DNA from: Nemertoderma westbladi
Taxonomy: Eukaryota; Animalia; Xenacoelomorpha
Assembly (NCBI GenBank): GCA_032718475.1
Contig: JAUCBJ010001123.1
Coordinates: forward strand, 38,804-102,803
DNA length: 64,000 bases
Direction of reading: 5' to 3'
In this document: one piece after another, positions 52,701 to 64,000 of the stretch
Layout: the number at the start of each line of letters is the position of its first letter
Numbering within the stretch: the stretch's first letter is position 1
Program-made: the position numbers and the translations under genes
Notes under the pieces: generated by a model
What the model was told of the DNA's origin: nothing
Seen by the model: the letters and a program-made list of their open reading frames with translations, nothing else
Databases searched by the model: none

Positions 52701-55700
52701 GAAAGTTAGTTATTGCATACGGAATAGCCATACAACTGTGAAAGTGAAAGTTAGTTATTGCATACGGAATAGCCATACAACTGTGAAAGTGAAAGTTAGT
52801 TATTGAATACGGAATAGCCATACAACTCTGAAAGTGAAAGTTAGTTATTGCATACGGAATAGCCATACAACTGTGAAAGTGAAAGTTAGTTATTTCATAC
52901 GGAATAGCCATACAACTGTGAAAGAGAAAGTTAGTTATTGCATACGGAATAGCCATACAACTGTGAAAGTGAAAGTTAGTTATTGCATACGGAATAGCCA
53001 TACAACTGTGAAAGTGAAAGTTAGTTATTTCATACGGAATAGCCATACAACTGTGAAAGTGAAAGTTAGTTATTGCATACGGAATAGCCATACAACTGTG
53101 AAAGTGAAAGTTAGTTATTTCATACGGAATAGCCATACAACTGTGAAAGTGAAAGTTAGTTATTGCATACGGAATAGCCATACAACTGTGAAAGTGAAAG
53201 TTAGTTATTTCATACGGAATAGCCATACAACTGTGAAAGTGAAAGTTAGTTATTTCATACGGAATAGCCATACAACTGTGAAAGTGAAAGTTAGTTATTG
53301 CATACGGAATAGCCATACAACTGTGAAAGTGAAAGTTAGTTATTTCATACGGAATAGCCATACAACTGTGAAAGTGAAAGTTAGTTATTACATACGGAAT
53401 AGCCATACAACTGTGAAAGTGAAAGTTAGTTATTGCATACGGAATAGCCATACAACTCTGAAAGTGAAAGTTAGTTATTGCATACGGAATAGCCATACAT
53501 ACAATTCTGAAAGTGAAAGTTAGTTATTGCATACGGAATAGCCATACAACTGTGAAAGTGAAAGTTAGTTATTGCATACGGAATAGCCATACAACTGTGA
53601 AAGTGAAAGTTAGTTATTGCATACGGAATAGCCATACAACTCTGAAAGTGAAAGTTAGTTATTGCATACGGAATAGCCATACATACAATTCTGAAAGTGA
53701 AAGTTAGTTATTGCATACGGAATAGCCATACAACTGTGAAAGTGAAAGTTAGTTATTTCATACGGAATAGCCATACAACTGTGAAAGTGAAAGTTAGTTA
53801 TTGCATACGGAATAGCCATACAACTGTGAAAGTGAAAGTTAGTTATTTCATACGGAATAGCCATACAACTGTGAAAGTGAAAGTTAGTTATTGCATACGG
53901 AATAGCCATACAACTGTGAAAGTGAAAGTTAGTTATTTCATACGGAATAGCCATACAACTGTGAAAGTGAAAGTTAGTTATTGCATACGGAATAGCCATA
54001 CAACTGTGAAAGTGAAAGTTAGTTATTTCATACGGAATAGCCATACAACTGTGAAAGTGAAAGTTAGTTATTGCATACGGAATAGCCATACAACTGTGAA
54101 AGTGAAAGTTAGTTATTTCATACGGAATAGCCATACAACTGTGAAAGTGAAAGTTAGTTATTGCATACGGAATAGCCATACAACTGTGAAAGTGAAAGTT
54201 AGTTATTACATACGGAATAGCCATACAACTGTGAAAGTGAAAGTTAGTTATTGCATACGGAATAGCCATACAACTCTGAAAGTGAAAGTTAGTTATTGCA
54301 TACGGAATAGCCATACATACAATTCTGAAAGTGAAAGTTAGTTATTGCATACGGAATAGCCATACAACTGTGAAAGTGAAAGTTAGTTATTGCATACGGA
54401 ATAGCCATACAACTCTGAAAGTGAAAGTTAGTTATTGCATACGGAATAGCCATACAACTGTGAAAGTGAAAGTTACTTATTACATACGGAATAGCCATAC
54501 AACTGTGAAAGTGAAAGTTAGTTATTGCATACGGAATAGCCATACAACTCTGAAAGTGAAAGTTAGTTATTGCATACGGAATAGCCATACATACAATTCT
54601 GAAAGTGAAAGTTAGTTATTACATACGGAATAGCCATACAACTGTGAAAGTGAAAGTTAGTTATTTCATACGGAATAGCCATACAACTGTGAAAGTGAAA
54701 GTTAGTTATTGCATACGGAATAGCCATACAACTGTGAAAGTGAAAGTTAGTTATTTCATACGGAATAGCCATACAACTGTGAAAGTGAAAGTTAGTTATT
54801 GCATACGGAATAGCCATACAACTGTGAAAGTGAAAGTTAGTTATTTCATACGGAATAGCCATACAACTGTGAAAGTGAAAGTTAGTTATTGCATACGGAA
54901 TAGCCATACAACTGTGAAAGTGAAAGTTAGTTATTTCATACGGAATAGCCATACAACTGTGAAAGTGAAAGTTAGTTATTGCATACGGAATAGCCATACA
55001 ACTGTGAAAGTGAAAGTTAGTTATTTCATACGGAATAGCCATACAACTGTGAAAGTGAAAGTTAGTTATTGCATACGGAATAGCCATACAACTGTGAAAG
55101 TGAAAGTTAGTTATTACATACGGAATAGCCATACAACTGTGAAAGTGAAAGTTAGTTATTGCATACGGAATAGCCATACAACTGTGAAAGTGAAAGTTAG
55201 TTATTGCATACGGAATAGCCATACAACTCTGAAAGTGAAAGTTAGTTATTGCATACGGAATAGCCATACATACAATTCTGAAAGTGAAAGTTAGTTATTG
55301 CATACAGAATAGCCATACAACTGTGAAAGTGAAAGTTAGTTATTGCATACGGAATAGCCATACAACTCTGAAAGTGAAAGTTAGTTATTGCATACGGAAT
55401 AGCCATACAACTGTGAAAGTGAAAGTTACTTATTACATACGGAATAGCCATACAACTGTGAAAGTGAAAGTTAGTTATTGCATACGGAATAGCCATACAA
55501 CTGTGAAAGTGAAAGTTAGTTATTTCATACGGAATAGCCATACAACTGTGAAAGTGAAAGTTAGTTATTGCATACGGAATAGCCATACAACTGTGAAATT
55601 GAAAGTTAGTTATTTCATACGGAATAGCCATACAACTGTGAAAGTGAAAGTTAGTTATTTCATACGGAATAGCCATACAACTGTGAAAGTGAAAGTTAGT

Positions 55701-58700
55701 TATTTCATACGGAATAGCCATACATACAATTCTGAAAGTGAAAGTTAGTTATTGCATACGGAATAGCCATACAACTGTGAAAGTGAAAGTTAGTTATTTC
55801 ATACGGAATAGCCATACAACTGTGAAATTGAAAGTTAGTTATTGCATACGGAATAGCCATACATACAATTCTGAAAGTGAAAGTTAGTTATTGCATACGG
55901 AATAGCCATACAACTGTGAAAGTGAAAGTTAGTTATTGCATACGGAATAGCCATACAACTGTGAAAGTGAAAGTTACTTATTACATACGGAATAGCCATA
56001 CAACTGTGAAAGTGAAAGTTAGTTATTGCATACGGAATAGCCATACAACTCTGAAAGTGAAAGTTAGTTATTGCATACGGAATAGCCATACATACAATTC
56101 TGAAAGTGAAAGTTAGTTATTGCATACGGAATAGCCATACAACTGTGAAAGTGAAAGTTAGTTATTTCATACGGAATAGCCATACAACTGTGAAAGTGAA
56201 AGTTAGTTATTGCATACGGAATAGCCATACAACTGTGAAAGTGAAAGTTAGTTATTTCATACGGAATAGCCATACAACTGTGAAAGTGAAAGTTAGTTAT
56301 TGCATACGGAATAGCCATACAACTGTGAAAGTGAAAGTTAGTTATTTCATACGGAATAGCCATACAACTGTGAAAGTGAAAGTTAGTTATTGCATACGGA
56401 ATAGCCATACAACTGTGAAAGTGAAAGTTAGTTATTTCATACGGAATAGCCATACAACTGTGAAAGTGAAAGTTAGTTATTGCATACGGAATAGCCATAC
56501 AACTGTGAAAGTGAAAGTTAGTTATTACATACGGAATAGCCATACAACTGTGAAAGTGAAAGTTAGTTATTGCATACGGAATAGCCATACAACTGTGAAA
56601 GTGAAAGTTAGTTATTGCATACGGAATAGCCATACAACTCTGAAAGTGAAAGTTAGTTATTGCATACGGAATAGCCATACATACAATTCTGAAAGTGAAA
56701 GTTAGTTATTGCATACGGAATAGCCATACAACTGTGAAAGTGAAAGTTAGTTATTGCATACGGAATAGCCATACAACTCTGAAAGTGAAAGTTAGTTATT
56801 GCATACGGAATAGCCATACAACTGTGAAAGTGAAAGTTACTTATTACATACGGAATAGCCATACAACTGTGAAAGTGAAAGTTAGTTATTGCATACGGAA
56901 TAGCCATACAACTCTGAAAGTGAAAGTTAGTTATTGCATACGGAATAGCCATACATACAATTCTGAAAGTGAAAGTTAGTTATTGCATACGGAATAGCCA
57001 TACAACTGTGAAAGTGAAAGTTAGTTATTGCATACGGAATAGCCATACAACTGTGAAAGTGAAAGTTAGTTATTGCATACGGAATAGCCATACAACTGTG
57101 AAAGTGAAAGTTAGTTATTGCATACGGAATAGCCATACAACTGTGAAAGAGAAAGTTAGTTATTGCATACGGAATAGCCATACAACTGTGAAAGTGAAAG
57201 TTCGTTATTGCATACGGAATAGCCATACAACTGTGAAAGTGAAAGTTAGTTATTTCATACGGAATAGCCATACAACTGTGAAAGAGAAAGTTAGTTATTG
57301 CATACGGAATAGCCATACAACTGTGAAAGTGAAAGTTAGTTATTGCATACGGAATAGCCATACAACTGTGAAAGTGAAAGTTAGTTATTGAATACGGAAT
57401 AGCCATACAACTCTGAAAGTGAAAGTTAGTTATTGCATACGGAATAGCCATACAACTGTGAAAGTGAAAGTTAGTTATTTCATACGGAATAGCCATACAA
57501 CTGTGAAAGAGAAAGTTAGTTATTGCATACGGAATAGCCATACAACTGTGAAAGTGAAAGTTAGTTATTGCATACGGAATAGCCATACAACTGTGAAAGT
57601 GAAAGTTAGTTATTTCATACGGAATAGCCATACAACTGTGAAAGTGAAAGTTAGTTATTGCATACGGAATAGCCATACAACTGTGAAAGTGAAAGTTAGT
57701 TATTTCATACGGAATAGCCATACAACTGTGAAAGTGAAAGTTAGTTATTGCATACGGAATAGCCATACAACTGTGAAAGTGAAAGTTAGTTATTTCATAC
57801 GGAATAGCCATACAACTGTGAAAGTGAAAGTTAGTTATTTCATACGGAATAGCCATACAACTGTGAAAGTGAAAGTTAGTTATTGCATACGGAATAGCCA
57901 TACAACTGTGAAAGTGAAAGTTAGTTATTTCATACGGAATAGCCATACAACTGTGAAAGTGAAAGTTAGTTATTACATACGGAATAGCCATACAACTGTG
58001 AAAGTGAAAGTTAGTTATTGCATACGGAATAGCCATACAACTCTGAAAGTGAAAGTTAGTTATTGCATACGGAATAGCCATACATACAATTCTGAAAGTG
58101 AAAGTTAGTTATTGCATACGGAATAGCCATACAACTGTGAAAGTGAAAGTTAGTTATTGCATACGGAATAGCCATACAACTGTGAAAGTGAAAGTTAGTT
58201 ATTGCATACGGAATAGCCATACAACTCTGAAAGTGAAAGTTAGTTATTGCATACGGAATAGCCATACATACAATTCTGAAAGTGAAAGTTAGTTATTGCA
58301 TACGGAATAGCCATACAACTGTGAAAGTGAAAGTTAGTTATTTCATACGGAATAGCCATACAACTGTGAAAGTGAAAGTTAGTTATTGCATACGGAATAG
58401 CCATACAACTGTGAAAGTGAAAGTTAGTTATTTCATACGGAATAGCCATACAACTGTGAAAGTGAAAGTTAGTTATTGCATACGGAATAGCCATACAACT
58501 GTGAAAGTGAAAGTTAGTTATTTCATACGGAATAGCCATACAACTGTGAAAGTGAAAGTTAGTTATTGCATACGGAATAGCCATACAACTGTGAAAGTGA
58601 AAGTTAGTTATTTCATACGGAATAGCCATACAACTGTGAAAGTGAAAGTTAGTTATTGCATACGGAATAGCCATACAACTGTGAAAGTGAAAGTTAGTTA

Positions 58701-61700
58701 TTTCATACGGAATAGCCATACAACTGTGAAAGTGAAAGTTAGTTATTGCATACGGAATAGCCATACAACTGTGAAAGTGAAAGTTAGTTATTACATACGG
58801 AATAGCCATACAACTGTGAAAGTGAAAGTTAGTTATTGCATACGGAATAGCCATACAACTCTGAAAGTGAAAGTTAGTTATTGCATACGGAATAGCCATA
58901 CATACAATTCTGAAAGTGAAAGTTAGTTATTGCATACGGAATAGCCATACAACTGTGAAAGTGAAAGTTAGTTATTGCATACGGAATAGCCATACAACTC
59001 TGAAAGTGAAAGTTAGTTATTGCATACGGAATAGCCATACAACTGTGAAAGTGAAAGTTACTTATTACATACGGAATAGCCATACAACTGTGAAAGTGAA
59101 AGTTAGTTATTGCATACGGAATAGCCATACAACTCTGAAAGTGAAAGTTAGTTATTGCATACGGAATAGCCATACATACAATTCTGAAAGTGAAAGTTAG
59201 TTATTGCATACGGAATAGCCATACAACTGTGAAAGTGAAAGTTAGTTATTGCATACGGAATAGCCATACAACTGTGAAAGTGAAAGTTAGTTATTGCATA
59301 CGGAATAGCCATACAACTGTGAAAGTGAAAGTTAGTTATTGCATACGGAATAGCCATACAACTGTGAAAGTGAAAGTTAGTTATTTCATACGGAATAGCC
59401 ATACAACTGTGAAAGTGAAAGTTAGTTATTGTATACGGAATAGCCATACAACTGTGAAAGTGAAAGTTAGTTATTGCATACGGAATAGCCATACAACTGT
59501 GAAAGTGAAAGTTAGTTATTTCATACGGAATAGCCATACAACTGTGAAAGTGAAAGTTAGTTATTTCATACGGAATAGCCATACAACTGTGAAAGTGAAA
59601 GTTAGTTATTGTATACGGAATAGCCATACAACTGTGAAAGTGAAAGTTAGTTATTGCATACGGAATAGCCATACAACTGTGAAAGTGAAAGTTAGTTATT
59701 TCATACGGAATAGCCATACAACTGTGAAAGTGAAAGTTAGTTATTACATACGGAATAGCCATACAACTGTGAAAGTGAAAGTTAGTTATTGCATACGGAA
59801 TAGCCATACAACTCTGAAAGTGAAAGTTAGTTATTGCATACGGAATAGCCATACAACTCTGAAAGTGAAAGTTAGTTATTGCATACGGAATAGCCATACA
59901 TACAATTCTGAAAGTGAAAGTTAGTTATTGCATACGGAATAGCCATACAACTCTGAAAGTGAAAGTTAGTTATTGCATACGGAATAGCCATACAACTGTG
60001 AAAGTGAAAGTTAGTTATTGCATACGGAATAGCCATACAACTGTGAAAGTGAAAGTTAGTTATTGCATACGGAATAGCCATACAACTGTGAAAGAGAAAG
60101 TTAGTTATTGCATACGGAATAGCCATACAACTGTGAAAGTGAAAGTTAGTTATTGCATACGGAATAGCCATACAACTGTGAAAGTGAAAGTTAGTTATTA
60201 CATACGGAATAGCCATACAACTGTGAAAGTGAAAGTTAGTTATTACATACGGAATAGCCATACAACTGTGAAAGTGAAAGTTAGTTATTGCATACGGAAT
60301 AGCCATACAACTCTGAAAGTGAAAGTTAGTTATTGCATACGGAATAGCCATACAACTGTGAAAGAGAAAGTTAGTTATTGCATACGGAATAGCCATACAA
60401 CTGTGAAAGTGAAAGTTAGTTATTGCATACGGAATAGCCATACAACTGTGAAAGTGAAAGTTAGTTATTACATACGGAATAGCCATACAACTATGAAAGT
60501 GAAAGTTAGTTATTGCATACGGAATAGCCATACAACTGTGAAAGTGAAAGTTAGTTATTGCATACGGAATAGCTATACAACTCTGAAAGTGAAAGTTAGT
60601 TATTGCATACGGAATAGCCATACAACTCTGAAAGTGAAAGTTAGTTATTGCATACGGAATAGCCATACAACTGTGAAAGTGAAAGTTAGTTATTGCATAC
60701 GGAATAGCCATACAACTGTGAAAGTGAAAGTTAGTTATTGCATACGGAATAGCCATCCAACTGTGAAAGTGAAAGTTAGTTATTGCATACGGAATAGCCA
60801 TACAACTGTGAAAGTGAAAGTTAGTTATTACATACGGAATAGCCATACAACTGTGAAAGTGAAAGTTAGTTATTGCACACGGAATAGCCATACAACTGTG
60901 AAAGTGAAAGTTAGTTATTGCATACGGAATAGCCATCCAACTGTGAAAGTGAAAGTTAGTTATTGCATACGGAATAGCCATACAACTGTGAAAGTGAAAG
61001 TTAGTTATTGCATACGGAATAGCCATACAACTGTGAAAGTGAAAGTTAGTTATTGTATACGGAATTGCCATACAACTGTGAAAGTGAAAGTTAGTTATTG
61101 CATACGGAATAGCCATACAACTGTGAAAGTGAAAGTTAGTTATTGCATACGGAATAGCCATCCAACTGTGAAAGTGAAAGTTAGTTATTGCATACGGAAT
61201 AGCCATACAACTGTGAAAGTGAAAGTTAGTTATTACATACGGAATAGCCATACAACTGTGAAAGTGAAAGTTAGTTATTGTATACGGAATAGCCATACAA
61301 CTGTGAAAGTGAAAGTTAGTTATTGCATACGGAATAGCCATACAACTGTGAAAGTGAAAGTTAGTTATTGCGTACGGAATAGCCATACAACTGTGAAAGT
61401 GAAAGTTCGTTATTGCATACGGAATTGCCATACAACTGTGAAAGTGAAAGTTAGTTATTGCATACGGAATAGCCATACAACTGTGAAAGTGAAGGATAGT
61501 TATTGCATACGGAATAGCCATACAACTGTGAAAGTGAAAGTTAGTTATTGCATACGGAATAGCCATACAACTGTGAAAGTGAAGGATAGTTATTGCATAC
61601 GGAATAGCCATACAACTGTGAAAGTGAAAGTTAGTTATTGCACACGGAATAGCCATACAACTGTGAAAGTGAAAGTTAGTTATTGCATACGGAATAGCCA

Positions 61701-64000
61701 TACAACTGTGAAAGTTAGTTATTGCATACGGAATAGCCATACAACTGTGAAAGTGAAAGTTAGTTATTGCATACGGAATAGCCATACAACTGTGAAAGTT
61801 AGTTATTGCATACGGAATAGCCATACAACTGTGAAAGTTAGTTATTGCATACGGAATAGCCATCCAACTGTGAAAGTGAAAGTTAGTTATTGCATACGGA
61901 ATAGCCATACAACTGTGAAAGTGAAAGTTAGTTATTACATACGGAATAGCCATACAACTGTGAAAGTGAAAGTTAGTTATTGTATACGGAATAGCCATAC
62001 AACTGTGAAAGTGAAAGTTAGTTATTGCATACGGAATAGCCATACAACTGTGAAAGTGAAAGTTAGTTATTGCGTACGGAATAGCCATACAACTGTGAAA
62101 GTGAAAGTTCGTTATTCCATACGGAATTGCCATACAACTGTGAAAGTGAAAGTTAGTTATTGCATACGGAATAGCCATACAACTGTGAAAGTGAAAGATA
62201 GTTATTGCATACGGAATAGCCATACAACTGTGAAAGTGAAAGTTAGTTATTGCACACGGAATAGCCATACAACTGTGAAAGTGAAAGTTAGTTATTGCAT
62301 ACGGAATAGCCACACAACTGTGAAAGTTAGTTATTGCATACGGAATAGCCATACAACTGTGAAAGTGAAAGTTAGTTATTGCATACGGAATAGCCATACA
62401 ACTGTGAAAGTGAAAGTTAGTTATTGCACACGGAATAGCCATACAACTGTGAAAGTGAAAGTTAGTTATTGCATACGGAATAGCCATACAACTGTGAAAG
62501 TGAAAGATAGTTATTGCATACGGAATAGCCATACAACTGTGAAAGTGAAAGTTAGTTATTGCACACGGAATAGCCATACAACTGTGAAAGTGAAAGTTAG
62601 TTATTGCATACGGAATAGCCATACAACTGTGAAAGTTAGTTATTGCATACGGAATAGCCATACAACTGTGAAAGTGAAAGTTAGTTATTGCATACGGAAT
62701 AGCCATACAACTGTGAAAGTGAAAGTTAGTTATTTCATACGGAATAGCCATACAACTGTGAAAGTGAAAGTTAGTTATTGCATACGGAATAGCCATACAA
62801 CTGTGAAAGTGAAAGTTAGTTATTGCATACGGAATAGCCATACAACTGTGAAAGAGAAAGTTAGTTATTGCATACGGAATAGCCATACAACTGTGAAAGT
62901 GAAAGTTAGTTATTGCATACGGAATAGCCATACAACTGTGAAAGTGAAAGTTCGTTATTGCATACGGAATAGCCATACAACTGTGAAAGTGAAAGTTAGT
63001 TATTTCATACGGAATAGCCATACAACTGTGAAAGAGAAAGTTAGTTATTGCATACGGAATAGCCATACAACTGTGAAAGTGAAAGTTAGTTATTGCATAC
63101 GGAATAGCCATACAACTGTGAAAGTGAAAGTTAGTTATTGCATACGGAATAGCCATACAACTGTGAAAGTGAAAGTTAGTTATTGAATACGGAATAGCCA
63201 TACAACTGTGAAAGTGAAAGTTAGTTATTTCATACGGAATAGCCATACAACTGTGAAAGAGAAAGTTAGTTATTGCATACGGAATAGCCATACAACTGTG
63301 AAAGTGAAAGTTAGTTATTGAATACGGAATAGCCATACAACTGTGAAAGAGAAAGTTAGTTATTGCATACGGAATAGCCATACAACTGTGAAAGAGAAAG
63401 TTAGTTATTGCATACGGAATAGCCATACAACTGTGAAAGTGAAAGTTAGTTATTGCATACGGAATAGCCATACAACTGTGAAAGTGAAAGTTAGTTATTG
63501 AATACGGAATAGCCATACAACTCTGAAAGTGAAAGTTAGTTATTGCATACGGAATAGCCATACAACTGTGAAAGTGAAAGTTAGTTATTTCATACGGAAT
63601 AGCCATACAACTGTGAAAGAGAAAGTTAGTTATTGCATACGGAATAGCCATACAACTGTGAAAGTGAAAGTTAGTTATTGCATACGGAATAGCCATACAA
63701 CTGTGAAAGTGAAAGTTAGTTATTGCAATGGAATAGCCATACAACTGTGAAATTGAAATTTAGTTATTGCATACGGAATAGCCATACAACTGTGAAAGTG
63801 AAAGTTAGTTATTTCATACGGAATAGCCATACAACTGTGAAAGTGAAAGTTAGTTATTGCATACGGAATAGCCATACAACTGTGAAAGTGAAAGTTAGTT
63901 ATTTCATACGGAATAGCCATACAACTGTGAAAGTGAAAGTTAGTTATTGCATACGGAATAGCCATACAACTGTGAAAGTGAAAGTTAGTTATTTCATACG
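25779..64000. repeat. 45-bp tandem satellite, right block (about 850 monomers); runs off the right edge
   Basis: Same monomer and orientation as 11538-19456, with recurrent indel variants forming higher-order patterns. Confidence 0.99.
46600..57300. repeat. Higher-order tandem duplication with a 5403-bp period inside the 45-bp satellite (boundaries approximate)
   Basis: Identical track ORFs recur at +5403: 46665/52068, 46939/52342, 48068/53471, 49160/54563, 49839/55242, 50432/55835, 51250/56653. The rare CATACAGAAT variant occurs near 49900 and 55303. Confidence 0.9.

Noticed and set aside
11528-63965. Dozens of MAIPYAITNFHFHSC / KVKVSYCIRNSHTTV ORFs
   Set aside because: Satellite translation. 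Frameshifting 44- and 49-bp monomers and TGA variants have spread freely, so there is no sign of coding constraint.
1-64000. CRISPR array interpretation of the 30- or 45-bp repeats
   Set aside because: The repeats are head-to-tail with no unique spacers, there are no cas genes, and the context is eukaryotic.

Overview
Eukaryotic heterochromatin-like window, probably from a small invertebrate. It holds a 30-bp satellite (1-9026), a ~2.5-kb non-satellite block with transposon remnants, and a 45-bp satellite (11538-64000). The 45-bp array is interrupted by one apparently intact 6.3-kb minus-strand CR1/L2-group LINE (19453-25778). Nearly all ORFs in the track are satellite read-through, not genes. 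The LINE is the most interesting element. ORF1 reads SAP-like domain, coiled coil, then SGNH esterase. ORF2 has a ~313-aa hydrophobic, membrane-protein-like N-terminal region, then a 2A/StopGo-like motif (GDVHKNPGP), then APE endonuclease and RT. The 30-bp satellite looks like an amplified 5' terminal hairpin of a Helentron/DINE-1-type element. Caveat: 11391-11443 is a back-to-back dimer of the SMART/PacBio ultra-low-input adapter, so the two sides are probably joined artefactually. The 45-bp array has nested higher-order duplications (offsets 5403, 6969 and ~32-33 kb).
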